Of a stretch of 64,000 nt of DNA, positions 41,292-51,078 are shown one piece after another; within the stretch, counting starts at the first letter, position 1, and each line of letters starts with the position of its first letter. Below the pieces are notes generated by a model that was not told the origin of the DNA, ran no database searches, and saw nothing but the letters and a program-made list of their open reading frames with translations. A program made the position numbers and the translations under genes. Location: the NCBI RefSeq assembly GCF_040882075.1, contig NZ_JBBEBZ010000171.1, positions 6,540 through 70,539 on the forward strand. Direction: 5' to 3'. The DNA comes from Nitriliruptor sp. (GTDB lineage: Bacteria; Actinomycetota; Nitriliruptoria; Nitriliruptorales; Nitriliruptoraceae).

Positions 41292-42125
41292 GTGCACGTG
41301 GCCGCCCTCCTCGCGCTCGCGTCCGCCCTGTCGTTCGGGATCTCCGACGTCACGGGCGGTCTGGCCGCCCGGCGCGCCTCCGCGATCACCGTGACGCTGG
41401 TCGCCCAACTCGTCGGGCTCGTGGTCCTGCTGCCCGCCCTGGTGTTCCTGCCAGGTGAGCCGAGCGTGGCGGCGCTCGGGATCGGCGCGGTGGCCGGCGT
41501 CGGGGGCTCCGGTGGCCTCATCCTCTACCTGCGCGGGCTGGCCATCGGCCCGATGGGGGTGGTGTCGCCTCTGGCGGCCCTCGTCGGCGCTGCCGTCCCG
41601 GTCGGGTGGGGGGTGCTCCTCGCCGGTGAACGGGTCACCACCCTCGATGTGTTCGGCATCGTGGCGGGTCTGGTTGCGGTCGTCCTCGTCGCGGTGCGCC
41701 CACGGCAGCTCGCCGAGGTCCACACCGCGAGCACCGTCCTCTCGCTCCTCGCCGGGGCATCGTTCGGCGGCTTCTTCGTCGCGCTCGACGCGACACCGCC
41801 GACCTCCGGCCTGTGGCCGTTGCTCGGCGCCAGGCTCGGCGGTGCGGTGTTGCTGGCCGTCGTGCTGCTGGTGGCTCGGCGCCGCCTGCCGGACCGGGCG
41901 ACGGCGCCGCTCGTGATCGCGTCGGGGATGACCGACATGGCGGCCAACGTGCTGTTCCTGCTCGCGACGCGGACCGGCGCCCTGTCGCTGACGGCGCTGC
42001 TCACCTCGCTCTACCCGGTCGCGGTGGTGCTGCTCGCACGGCGGCTGACCGACGAGCGGCTGTCCCGGCTGCAGATCAGCGGGGTCGTCCTCGCGCTCGT
42101 CGCATCGGCCCTCGTCGCGCTCTAG
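41292..42125 (+). CDS. EamA/DMT transporter
   Basis: About 10 TMs, GPMGVVSPL, SLYPV, ERLSRLQ. Confidence 0.88.
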   Translation: MHVAALLALASALSFGISDVTGGLAARRASAITVTLVAQLVGLVVLLPALVFLPGEPSVAALGIGAVAGVGGSGGLILYLRGLAIGPMGVVSPLAALVGAAVPVGWGVLLAGERVTTLDVFGIVAGLVAVVLVAVRPRQLAEVHTASTVLSLLAGASFGGFFVALDATPPTSGLWPLLGARLGGAVLLAVVLLVARRRLPDRATAPLVIASGMTDMAANVLFLLATRTGALSLTALLTSLYPVAVVLLARRLTDERLSRLQISGVVLALVASALVAL

Positions 42126-42157
42126 CCCGCTGCTCGCGGCGTGGCTCTGCTCGTCGC

Positions 42158-43378
42158 TCAGTCGCGGTAGCGCTTGAGCTCGCGGCGTGCCAGCGCCATC
42201 TCGTGGACCTCGTCCGGGCCATCGGCCATGCGCAGGGTCCGTGCGTGGGCCCACATCAGCGCCAGTGGGAAGTCGTCCGAGAAGCCGCCAGCCCCGTGGG
42301 TCTGGATCGCCTTGTCGAGCACCCACTCGGCCATCGACGGGGCGACGATCTTGATGGCCGAGATCTCCAGCCGCGCCCCCTTGTTGCCGACGGTGTCCAT
42401 CAAGCGGGCGGCCTTCAGGGTCAGCAGGCGAGCCTGTTCGATCCGCACCCGGGCTTGGGCGAGCCAGTGGTGGAAGACGCCCTGGTCGGCGATCGGCCGG
42501 CCGAAGGGCTCACGTGCGAGGGCCCGTTCGCACATCAGGTCCACGGCGCGTTCAGCCATGCCGATGAGACGCATGCAGTGGTGGATGCGGCCGGGACCGA
42601 GCCGCGCCTGGGCGATGGCGAACCCGTCGCCTTCCGCGCCGATGAGGTTGCTCGCCGGCACGCGGACGTCGACGAACTCCACCTCCGGGTGCCCGCCGTG
42701 ACCGTCGTAGTGCCCGAAGACCGGCAGCTCGCGGACGACCCGGACGCCCGGGGTGTCCATGGGCACCAGGATCTGCGACTGCTGGCGGTAGGGGGACTCG
42801 TTCGGGTCGGTGACCCCCATGAAGATCCCGATCCTGCAGCGATCGGAGGCAGCGCCCGACGACCACCACTTGCGGCCGTTGATGACGTACTCGTCGCCGT
42901 CGCGCTCGATGCGTGACGCGATGTTGCGGGCGTCCGACGACGCGACGTCCGGCTCGGTCATGAAGAAGGCCGACCGGATCTCCCCCTCGAGCAGCGGGTG
43001 GAGCCACTCCTCCTGCTGCTGCGGGGTGCCGAACATGTGCAGCACCTCCATGTTGCCCGTGTCCGGCGCCGCACAGTTGAGCGCTTCGGGCGCGATGAGC
43101 ACCGACCGGCCCGTGAGCTCCGCGAGGTAGGCGTAGTCGAGGTTGGTCAGACCCGCGCCGTGCTCCTCGTCGGGCAGGAACAGGTTCCACAGCCCACGCT
43201 GGCGGGCCTCGGACTTCAGCTCCTCGAGGATCGCCGGGTGGTGGTGGCGGTCACCGGAAGCCGCGATCTGTTCCGCGTACACCGCCTCGTTCGGGAGGAT
43301 GCGCGTGTCGAGGAAGTCCTGCAGCTCGTCGCGCAGCTCGGCACCGCGCGGGCTCAGGGACAGGTCGAGGTCGGTCAC
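42158..43378 (-). CDS. Acyl-CoA dehydrogenase (FadE1/FadE2-like)
   Basis: [52 protein letters not shown]. Confidence 0.95.
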   Translation of the reverse strand: MTDLDLSLSPRGAELRDELQDFLDTRILPNEAVYAEQIAASGDRHHHPAILEELKSEARQRGLWNLFLPDEEHGAGLTNLDYAYLAELTGRSVLIAPEALNCAAPDTGNMEVLHMFGTPQQQEEWLHPLLEGEIRSAFFMTEPDVASSDARNIASRIERDGDEYVINGRKWWSSGAASDRCRIGIFMGVTDPNESPYRQQSQILVPMDTPGVRVVRELPVFGHYDGHGGHPEVEFVDVRVPASNLIGAEGDGFAIAQARLGPGRIHHCMRLIGMAERAVDLMCERALAREPFGRPIADQGVFHHWLAQARVRIEQARLLTLKAARLMDTVGNKGARLEISAIKIVAPSMAEWVLDKAIQTHGAGGFSDDFPLALMWAHARTLRMADGPDEVHEMALARRELKRYRD

Positions 43379-43466
43379 GGAGGGCTCCCGGGTCGTCCAG
43401 CACAGGGAGCCGCAACGCTAGGGCGCGTACCGGGGGCCCGCCGGCAGCCCGCCGGATCACGACGCG

Positions 43467-43709
43467 TCAGCGAGCCTCGCCCGCGACACCGCGTGCCTCC
43501 ACGTACCCCGCGACGGCCGCCGTCGCGACCTCCTCGGCACGTTCCGCTGCTCGCACGGCAACTCGGACCGCACCACGGCGAGCCTCACGCAACGCGCTGC
43601 GTCGAGCCTCACGACGGCGCTCCGGGCCGTGATCGGGGTCGAGCAGGTACATGACGCCGGCGCCGAGCGCCGCACCGGTACCGAGCGTGACGAGCGAGCG
43701 GACGCGCAC
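43467..43709 (-). CDS. Small YtxH-like protein
   Basis: GAALGAGVMYLLDPDHGPERR motif; GGAGG RBS. Confidence 0.7.
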   Translation of the reverse strand: MRVRSLVTLGTGAALGAGVMYLLDPDHGPERRREARRSALREARRGAVRVAVRAAERAEEVATAAVAGYVEARGVAGEAR

Positions 43710-43761
43710 GAGGCCTCCCGAGCGGTGGGGACGTTCGCGGGGGTCGACAGCCTACGACAAG

Positions 43762-43792
43762 CGTCGAGGGAGCCCGGTGGGTTCCCTCGACG
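43762..43792 (-). terminator. Hairpin downstream of the rpf gene
   Basis: CGTCGAGGGA..TCCCTCGACG stem, 18 nt past the stop; weak U tract. Confidence 0.5.
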
Positions 43793-43810
43793 TGGTGGAA
43801 CGGGCGCGGA

Positions 43811-44380
43811 TCAGATGAGGCCGAGCTGACGGGCGCAGGACGGCCAGGCGTTCCACCCCTGGATCCGCTGGAGGCGCTCACCCATCTCGATCTGGGTCGC
43901 CTTCGACGCCTCGTGCGGGTACCCGGTACCACCGACGGCTTCCCAGCTCGACAGCGCGAACTGGAGGCCGCCGTAGTAGCCGTTCCCGGTGTTGATCGAC
44001 CAGTTCCCTCCCGACTCGCACTGGGCGAGGCGGTCCCAGACCCCAGCGTTGCTGGTGCTGGAGGGCGCGGGAGCGGGAGCGGGCTCCGGTTCGGGTTCCG
44101 GCGGCGGGGGTGGCGGCGGCGCCTGCGCATCGAGCTCGGCGCGGGCGTCGATCGCGGCGAACATCGCGGTCGTCAACCGGTCGGTGTCGGCGCTGACCGG
44201 CTCGATGCGGTCGGCCGGCGTGACCGAGATGATCCGTTCGACCTGCTCGTCGTCCACCGGCGCCTCGGACGCGGTGGCGGCGACGGTCGAGACCGTCCCG
44301 AGCGCGACGAGCGCGCCAGCGGTCAACAGTCTGGTCGCGGTGCGGGGGCTACGCGCGGCCGTGCGGGCACGACGGGACAC
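43811..44380 (-). CDS. Resuscitation-promoting factor (Rpf) transglycosylase
   Basis: WDRLAQCESGGNWSINTGNGYYGGLQF..AWPSC; signal peptide; Pro-rich linker; AGGAG RBS. Confidence 0.95.
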   Translation of the reverse strand: MSRRARTAARSPRTATRLLTAGALVALGTVSTVAATASEAPVDDEQVERIISVTPADRIEPVSADTDRLTTAMFAAIDARAELDAQAPPPPPPPEPEPEPAPAPAPSSTSNAGVWDRLAQCESGGNWSINTGNGYYGGLQFALSSWEAVGGTGYPHEASKATQIEMGERLQRIQGWNAWPSCARQLGLI

Positions 44381-44746
44381 ACGGTCTCCTGGATCGGGGT
44401 CAGGGGGAGCGGGCGTCCCGGCGCCTCTGCGGCGCACGGTGGGAACGGGAGCTGGACGGCCCGGGGGTTCCTGTCGAGACGCGGACTGTGGGGGGTGCCG
44501 CGGGATCGGCCAGCAGCGGCGCCTGTCCTTCCGGTCAGGGGTCGGAGCCGGAACCCACCACGTGTGGGGCCCTAGACCCGCCTCCGAGCCGATCCGGCTC
44601 GAGCCGTCGACCGGAGTGCTTGCTGCGGTGAGCGCCCGTCTGCGGCGCGCGCAACGCGCGGATCCGGGGGTGGGCGTCCACGCGGCGGTCGCCCGAGGGC
44701 GGCGCAGCACCGGACGCCGGGTTCGGTAAGCTGGACGGTCCGTCCG

Positions 44747-45784
44747 GTGCACCGGACGCCAGCCGACGGGACGTGCGTGCCGCCCCCAGCCCAACGACCC
44801 CCCCTCCACCCGCCGACCACCCCTGAGGGTCAACGCGGGCGCGGGCGCCTGCTCGCGATCGGTGACGGCTCCTCCCACGGCGCGTTCGGCTCGGCCGAGT
44901 GGGGGCTGCTCGCCGCGGTCGCGGTCATCTGGGGGTCGTCCTTCCTGCTGATCGACATCGGCCTGCGCGACTTCACGCCGGGCCTGGTCGCCCTGATGCG
45001 CGTGGCGTTCGGCGCGCTCGCTCTCGCCGTCGTCCCCCGCGCACGGGCGTCGGTCGACCGACAGGACCTGCCACGTATCGCGCTGCTCGGCGTCACCTGG
45101 ATGGGCGTGCCCCTGATCCTGTTCCCCGTCGCCCAGCAGTGGATCGATTCCTCGGTGGCCGGGATGCTCAACGCGGCGGTCCCGCTCACCACGGCGGTGT
45201 GGGCCGCAGCGCTGCTGCGACGCTGGCCGAACCGCCGCCAGGCCACCGGTCTGCTGCTCGGCTTCGCAGGCATCGTGCTGATCTCCCTCCCCGAGCTGCC
45301 GACCGACGCCATCGCGACGCAGGGCTCCGGCGCTGCGGTGCTCGGCGTCCTGCTGGTCCTGCTCGCGGTCGTGCTCTACGGGCTGTCGGCCAACCTCGCC
45401 GTACCGCTCCAACAGCGCTACGGGGCCCTGCCCGTGCTGTTGCGGGCGCAGTTGGCAGCGATGGTCGTCGTGGTGCCCTTCGGACTCGCCACGGCGTCGG
45501 GATCGACCTGGTCCTGGACCTCAGCGGCGGCGATGGTCCCGCTCGGGATGCTCGGCACCGGTCTGGCCTTCGTGCTGATGACCACGCTCGTCGGCCGCGT
45601 CGGCGGGCCCCGTGGATCCATCGCCATCTACTTCACGCCGATCGTCGCCATCGCCCTCGGCGTGAGCCTGGCGGGCGAGGAGCTGCACCCGTTGGCCGCA
45701 CTCGGCTCCGTGCTCGTCATCGGCGGCGCGTGGATCACCTCACGGCGCCAGGACCTGCCCGTCTCACCCGCCGGCCGCGCCTGA
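44747..45784 (+). CDS. EamA/DMT transporter
   Basis: IWGSSFLLI, AGMLNAAVP, LGTGLAF; start uncertain. Confidence 0.88.
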   Translation: MHRTPADGTCVPPPAQRPPLHPPTTPEGQRGRGRLLAIGDGSSHGAFGSAEWGLLAAVAVIWGSSFLLIDIGLRDFTPGLVALMRVAFGALALAVVPRARASVDRQDLPRIALLGVTWMGVPLILFPVAQQWIDSSVAGMLNAAVPLTTAVWAAALLRRWPNRRQATGLLLGFAGIVLISLPELPTDAIATQGSGAAVLGVLLVLLAVVLYGLSANLAVPLQQRYGALPVLLRAQLAAMVVVVPFGLATASGSTWSWTSAAAMVPLGMLGTGLAFVLMTTLVGRVGGPRGSIAIYFTPIVAIALGVSLAGEELHPLAALGSVLVIGGAWITSRRQDLPVSPAGRA

Positions 45785-46111
45785 CCTGGTCGGCGACGAG
45801 GGCCTTTCGGTCGCGTCGCGTTCGAGCGCGGCCTCGACGCTGACGAGCTTCGATCGCAGACCGTCCTCGTGACCCGGCCGCACGTCGAGCTTGATCGTGG
45901 CGGCGACCCGCGGCGCACCCCGCTCGAGCAGCAGCTCGATGCACCGCTGCATCAGGTCGAACACCTCCGGTACCGGCCCCTCGACCAGCGTGAACATGGC
46001 GTTGGTCTCGTTGGGCAGACCCGACGCGCGGACGAGCCGGACCACCTCGGCGACCTCAGCGCTGACCGAGTCCGACGGGCCCATCGGACTCATCGAGAAG
46101 GCTGCGATCAC
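45764..46111 (-). CDS. MTH1187/YkoF thiamine-binding family protein
   Basis: AAFSMSP, SGLPNETNAMFTLVEG, IKLDVRPG; GGAGG RBS. Confidence 0.88.
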   Translation of the reverse strand: MIAAFSMSPMGPSDSVSAEVAEVVRLVRASGLPNETNAMFTLVEGPVPEVFDLMQRCIELLLERGAPRVAATIKLDVRPGHEDGLRSKLVSVEAALERDATERPSSPTRSGAAGG

Positions 46112-46194
46112 CGGACGACCTCCGCACGCGTTCACACCGCTCCCCCGGGGCCGGAGGAGGTCCGCACGCTAGCCTCCAGGTCCGTACCGAGCTC

Positions 46195-47634
46195 GTGGAA
46201 GGGCGACACGCTGTGGCCGTGTTCGGGGCCGTGATGGGAAGCCCGGCCGGATGCCGCTCCGGACGCCACCAGCGACGGACGCAGGTGCGGGTCGCGGTGG
46301 TGTTCGCAGCGCTGGTCGCCGGCCTCACCGCGTCCCTCGGGGTGGCCGTCGCCGGACCCGTGGACGCCCGACTCGCGGTCGATGGCGAGGCAGCGCGCGT
46401 CGGGGTCACCGACGTGACCGGCACCATCACACCCGTGACGGCCGACCACCTCGGCGACACCATCGACCGTGCCGCCGCGGCCGGTCACCGCGCGCTGCTC
46501 GTGCGCCTCGATACGCCCGGCGGGCTCGTCGACTCGACCCGCCGGATCGTCCAGCGCTTCCTCGACGCGCCGCTCCCCGTCATCGTGCACGTGGCCCCCG
46601 CCGGAGCCGACGCGGGCTCGGCCGGCACGTTCATCACGTACGCGGCCCACGTGGCGGCCATGTCGCCCGCGACCACCATCGGGGCCGCGACCCCGATCGG
46701 TGGACAGGGCGAGGACCTCGACGCCAAGATCACCGAGAACATCGCCGCCTTCGCCGAGGCGATCGCGGGGGCGCGCGACCGGGACGTCGACCTCGCCGTG
46801 GATGCCGTCCGCGACGGACGGTCGGTCACCGCCGAGGTCGCGCTCGAGGAGGGCGGCATCGACCTGATCGCCGGGTCCACCGAGGAGCTCCTCCAGCTCA
46901 TCGACGGCACCGAGGTCACCGTCCGCGACGAGACCGTCACCCTCGCAACCGCCGGCGCCGAACTCGTGGACCTGCCCGTCGGGACCGCCCGTCGGATCCT
47001 CGGCTTCCTCGCCGACCCGAACCTCGCGTTCGTGTTCCTGTCGCTCGGCACGCTGGCCATCGTCTACGAGATCGCCAACCCCGGCGTCGGCCTCGGCGGT
47101 GTGGTCGGGGTGACGTCCATCATCCTGGCGATGTTCGCCTTCGCCGTCCTGCCCGTGAACGTGGCCGGCATCGCGCTGCTGGTGCTGGCCGCCGCGATGT
47201 TCATCGTCGAGCTGTTCGCCCCCGGGATCGGCGCGGGCGCCGGCGGTGGGACCGCGGCCCTGGTGCTCGGTGGGCTGTTCCTGTTCCCCTCCGACACCGG
47301 GCTCGGCGTCGACCTCGCGGTCCTGCTGCCCACGGCGGCCATCGTCGCGGGCCTGACCATCCTGCTCGGACGGGCCGCCACCCGGACCCGGCACGCGCCG
47401 ACCGTCAGCTACGCCGACCACCTCGAGGGCCGCACCGTCGAGGTGACCGGCGCCAGCCAGGGGCGACCACGCGCCCGACTCGACGGCACCTGGTGGCGGC
47501 TGCGGCCCGCCGACCCGGCCGACGCGCTCCGCGACGCCGACCGCGTCACGGTCGTCGGCCGTGACAACCTCGATCTCCTCGTCGTCCCGGCTGACCGGTA
47601 CAACGAGATCCCGCACGACCACCCCACCACCTAG
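46195..47634 (+). CDS. NfeD-family membrane-bound serine protease
   Basis: LDTPGG, SAGTFI, AAMSPATTIGAATP, TM region, C-terminal OB domain; start uncertain. Confidence 0.9.
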   Translation: MEGRHAVAVFGAVMGSPAGCRSGRHQRRTQVRVAVVFAALVAGLTASLGVAVAGPVDARLAVDGEAARVGVTDVTGTITPVTADHLGDTIDRAAAAGHRALLVRLDTPGGLVDSTRRIVQRFLDAPLPVIVHVAPAGADAGSAGTFITYAAHVAAMSPATTIGAATPIGGQGEDLDAKITENIAAFAEAIAGARDRDVDLAVDAVRDGRSVTAEVALEEGGIDLIAGSTEELLQLIDGTEVTVRDETVTLATAGAELVDLPVGTARRILGFLADPNLAFVFLSLGTLAIVYEIANPGVGLGGVVGVTSIILAMFAFAVLPVNVAGIALLVLAAAMFIVELFAPGIGAGAGGGTAALVLGGLFLFPSDTGLGVDLAVLLPTAAIVAGLTILLGRAATRTRHAPTVSYADHLEGRTVEVTGASQGRPRARLDGTWWRLRPADPADALRDADRVTVVGRDNLDLLVVPADRYNEIPHDHPTT

Positions 47635-47643
47635 GAGTACCCC

Positions 47644-48483
47644 GTGGACCCCCTGCTCGTCGGCCTCGGCCTCGCGTTCGTGGTGCTGTTCGGCATCGTC
47701 GTGTCCTCGGTCCGGATCGTCGACGAGTACGAACGCGGGGTCATCTTCCGCCTCGGACGCGTCATCGGCGCCAAGGGACCGGGCCTGTTCTTCCTGATCC
47801 CCATCATCGACAAGATGGTCAAGGTCAACCTGCAGACGGTCACGATGGACATCCCACCGCAGGACGTGATCACCCGGGACAACATCACGATCCGGGTCAA
47901 CGCCGTGACCTACTTCAACGTCGTCGAGCCGGTCGCGGCGGTCGTCAACATCCAGAACTACCTCTTCGCCACCTCGCAGGTCGCCCAGACCACGCTGCGA
48001 TCGATCCTCGGTCAGGTCGAGCTCGACGAGCTGCTGGTCAACCGCGACGAGATCAACGACCGGCTCGCGTCGATCATCGACGACCTCACCAACCCGTGGG
48101 GGATCAAGGTGACTCTCGTCGAGGTCAAGGACGTCGAGCTGCCGGAGTCGATGCGGCGCGCCATGGCCCGGCAGGCAGAAGCTGAGCGTGATCGCCGCGC
48201 CAAGGTGATCCACGCCGAGGGTGAGTTCGAGGCCGCGAAGCGCCTGTCGGAAGCCGCCGCGGTCATGGCGACCGAACCCGGCGCGATGCAGCTGCGGCTG
48301 CTGTCGACGCTGTCGGATGTCACCGAGGACAAGAGCTCCACGCTGGTGTTCCCGGTGCCGATCGAGCTGCTGCGGTTCGTCGATCGTGCCGCCGGTGGAC
48401 GTGCCGAGGGCGACGATGTGACCCCGCAGGCGTGGCGCGGCGACGCAGCCCGGGCCACCGACGTTCCAAGCGACGGCGCCTGA
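47644..48483 (+). CDS. SPFH/stomatin (slipin) protein
   Basis: [36 protein letters not shown]. Confidence 0.95.
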   Translation: MDPLLVGLGLAFVVLFGIVVSSVRIVDEYERGVIFRLGRVIGAKGPGLFFLIPIIDKMVKVNLQTVTMDIPPQDVITRDNITIRVNAVTYFNVVEPVAAVVNIQNYLFATSQVAQTTLRSILGQVELDELLVNRDEINDRLASIIDDLTNPWGIKVTLVEVKDVELPESMRRAMARQAEAERDRRAKVIHAEGEFEAAKRLSEAAAVMATEPGAMQLRLLSTLSDVTEDKSSTLVFPVPIELLRFVDRAAGGRAEGDDVTPQAWRGDAARATDVPSDGA

Positions 48484-48547
48484 CCGCGGACGGCTTACCC
48501 TCACCGCCACCGTCCCGGCACGATCCCGACGTGCGAGCGCTCCCGAC

Positions 48548-48958
48548 GTGACCACCTTCCACCGCGTGCTCGGCACGATCATCGTCGTGCTGTTCGTCGT
48601 GATCGTGCTGAGCGGTCTCGTCCTCCGCCTGATGGGTCGCCGTGAGACCCCGACGGCGCTGTGGGCCGTGCAGCACTGGACCGAGAACCTGCTGATCGTG
48701 CAGACCGTGTTCGGCATCGTGCTGCTGGTCATGGGGCGCCGCGTCGTCGGCGACAGCGTGCCGTGGTTCCACTACCTCTACGGCTCGTTGTTCCCGCTCA
48801 TCGCGATCGTGGCGGGCCGGCTCGCCGGCCTGCGTCGTGGCGAACGCGAGTACGTCGGGCTGGCGCTCGGAGCGTTCGTGGCCTTCGGGTTGACCCTCCG
48901 TGCCGTCCAGACCGGGTGCGGCGAGGCGGTGCCGATCCTGCGCTGCTTCGGCCTCTGA
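48548..48958 (+). CDS. Hypothetical 4-TM membrane protein
   Basis: Four hydrophobic helices, FHYLYG motif. Confidence 0.75.
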   Translation: MTTFHRVLGTIIVVLFVVIVLSGLVLRLMGRRETPTALWAVQHWTENLLIVQTVFGIVLLVMGRRVVGDSVPWFHYLYGSLFPLIAIVAGRLAGLRRGEREYVGLALGAFVAFGLTLRAVQTGCGEAVPILRCFGL

Positions 48959-49066
48959 CCGACCTGTCCGACCGGCGCTCACCCGGGGAAGTTCGGCTCA
49001 TCCTCACACGTTCCCCCCGACGAACCTCCCCCGGTCCCACCCCCGCCACCCACGCCTGGAGCTCCC

Positions 49067-49675
49067 GTGACCCGCCGCTTCGCCCTGACCTTCGACTACC
49101 TGTGCCCGTTCGCTCGCAACGCCAACGAGCACATCGTCGCGGCGCTCGAGGCCGGCGCCGACTGGGACGTGACCTTCACCCCCTACAGCCTGGCGCAGGG
49201 GCACGTCCCGGAGGGTGACGCCGACGTCTGGGTCCGTGACGAGCCGTTCGCCGAGTCGGGCATCCTCGCCCTGGCTGCGGGTCTCGTGGTGCGGGACCAG
49301 CAGCCCGATCGCTTCCTCGCGGCGCACCGGGCGCTGTTCGCCGCACGGCACGACGAGGGCGCCGACATCAAGGACGAGGCGGTGCTCGCACGGGTCCTCA
49401 CCGACGTCGGCCTCGACGGGCCGGCCGTGCTCGACGAGGCTCGCAACCCCGCCGTCCTCAAGCAGCTCCAGCAGGAGCACGACGCAGGCGTCGAGGACCA
49501 CGAGGTGTGGGGCGTCCCGACCTTCATCGCCGGGGAACGCGCCGTGTTCGTCCGCCTGATGGACCGCCCCGACGGCGACGCGGCCCACGCCACGCGCAGC
49601 ATCGAACGGGTGTTGGACCTCGTCGAGGGGTTCCCGACGCTCCACGAGTTCAAGCAGACCGACCTGCCGATGTGA
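49067..49675 (+). CDS. DsbA-like thioredoxin-fold protein (single-Cys CPFA)
   Basis: FDYLCPFA, WGVPTF. Confidence 0.85.
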   Translation: MTRRFALTFDYLCPFARNANEHIVAALEAGADWDVTFTPYSLAQGHVPEGDADVWVRDEPFAESGILALAAGLVVRDQQPDRFLAAHRALFAARHDEGADIKDEAVLARVLTDVGLDGPAVLDEARNPAVLKQLQQEHDAGVEDHEVWGVPTFIAGERAVFVRLMDRPDGDAAHATRSIERVLDLVEGFPTLHEFKQTDLPM

Positions 49676-49699
49676 CGACCGGTCGGCGTCCGCGACCGA

Positions 49700-50077
49700 T
49701 CACTCGATACCGAGCAGCTCCTTGGCGCGATCGACCTCGTCGCACACGATCACGAGCTTGCTGCCGGCGGCGATGTAGGCCTGCTCGATGTTGATGCCCG
49801 CATCGGCCAGCGTCCGGGTCGCCCGCCCGAGGTGCCCCGGCTCGTCGGGGAGGGGCGCGACGACGACGCGTCGTGCTGCGCGGACGTCGAACCCGGCGTC
49901 GCGCAGCACCTGCACCGCTTCGTCGGCCCGGTCCACGAGCAGGTGCACGATCCCCTTGCCCTGGCCGGTGAAGGCGCTGATGCCCTCGATGTTGATGCCG
50001 GCTTCGCCGAGTCGTTCACCGAGCTCGGCGACGACCCCGGGGCGGTCCTCCGGGATGATCACCAGGTCCTTGCGCAC
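49700..50077 (-). CDS. Tandem ACT-domain protein
   Basis: EDRPG..AGINIE and DEPG..AGINIE repeats. Confidence 0.88.
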   Translation of the reverse strand: MRKDLVIIPEDRPGVVAELGERLGEAGINIEGISAFTGQGKGIVHLLVDRADEAVQVLRDAGFDVRAARRVVVAPLPDEPGHLGRATRTLADAGINIEQAYIAAGSKLVIVCDEVDRAKELLGIE

Positions 50078-50205
50078 CAGCGTGCTCCCTCGTCGTGGAA
50101 CCCGAGCCTAGAGCCGCGCCGGCTCCCTGCGCGCCGAGTGTGCTCCGTTCGGCGCCACCGTGGGTCGTAGCTACACTCCCCGCCGTCCCGCTCGTGCGGG
50201 CACCT

Positions 50206-50278
50206 TCCGGGGTAGCTCAGTTGGCAGAGCGCTTGACTGTTAATCAGGATGTCGCCGGTTCGAGCCCGGCCCCCGGAG
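50206..50278 (+). tRNA. tRNA-Asn (GTT)
   Basis: TCCGGGGTAGCTCAG..CTGTTAA..GGTTCGAGCCCGGCCCCCGGAG cloverleaf. Confidence 0.95.
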
Positions 50279-50279
50279 C

Positions 50280-50981
50280 TCAGGAGCGATCGCCCGACGG
50301 CGGTCGCTCCTCGTCGTTCCAGGGCTCGAGCCCGTAGCCGTACAGGGCACGGATCAGCCCCATGATCTGTCGGTGAACCGCCGACGATGCGTAGCTCACG
50401 TGTGCACAGCCGTGCCGGTGCTTGTTGTGCCGGATGGTCGCGTCCGGCACAGCGCGGTAAGCCTTGGTGAACCTGGTCTTGTCGATCCCCGTTCGGTCGC
50501 TCCAGAACCGTTGTGCGACCGCTAGATCGAGTCCCTCGTGCAGGTACAGACGGACCCGGAGCCGATCCTCGTCGACCGTGAAGCAGGTCCGCAGCCACCT
50601 GCAGAAGAACTCGATGAGGCTGGCGTCACTGTTCGCGAACCGGACCTCCCCATCGCGCTTCGACCCGTCACCGGCGTACAGACCCAGCCCCGCGATGAGC
50701 AGTTCGCGGTCGGTCAGTTCGGCCAGGTCGCGGCGGCCAGCCGCGTCGTAGTGGGCGATCTCGGCGAGCTTGCGGCGGCGCATGGGGTGGTCGCTACCTC
50801 GCGGCCGCCGATCGGTCCTCGCGGAGCGGCGAGCCGACGGGTCGAACGGGACGTCCCGGGTCCAGAGCGACACCGAGCTCCGCGACACGCCGAGGTGCTC
50901 GGCGATCTCGGGCATGGTCCACGCCTGGGCGCGTAGCTCGCGGGCGCGCGCTCGCTCCTCCAGCTTCCCGCGGTAGCCCAC
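50280..50981 (-). CDS. HTH plus LAGLIDADG-like domain protein
   Basis: N-terminal HTH EIAEHLGVSRSSVSLW; IAGLGLYAGDGSK..FANSD..FCRWL pattern. Confidence 0.75.
   Translation of the reverse strand: MGYRGKLEERARARELRAQAWTMPEIAEHLGVSRSSVSLWTRDVPFDPSARRSARTDRRPRGSDHPMRRRKLAEIAHYDAAGRRDLAELTDRELLIAGLGLYAGDGSKRDGEVRFANSDASLIEFFCRWLRTCFTVDEDRLRVRLYLHEGLDLAVAQRFWSDRTGIDKTRFTKAYRAVPDATIRHNKHRHGCAHVSYASSAVHRQIMGLIRALYGYGLEPWNDEERPPSGDRS
50282..50311 (+). terminator. Hairpin immediately after tRNA-Asn
   Basis: AGGAGCGATCGCC-cgac-GGCGGTCGCTCCT stem. Confidence 0.6.
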
Positions 50982-51078
50982 AGGTCGTCCTCTCCCCGCC
51001 CCCACGGGGTGCCGCCACCGGGTCCGGTGGCGACTCGACGGACGGTACGGGCCACCTGCGACACGGCCACGAAGGGGC

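Noticed and set aside
40571-50278. Genomic island bounded by the two tRNA genes
   Set aside because: No integrase, no duplicated tRNA 3' ends, and the content looks like ordinary chromosomal genes.
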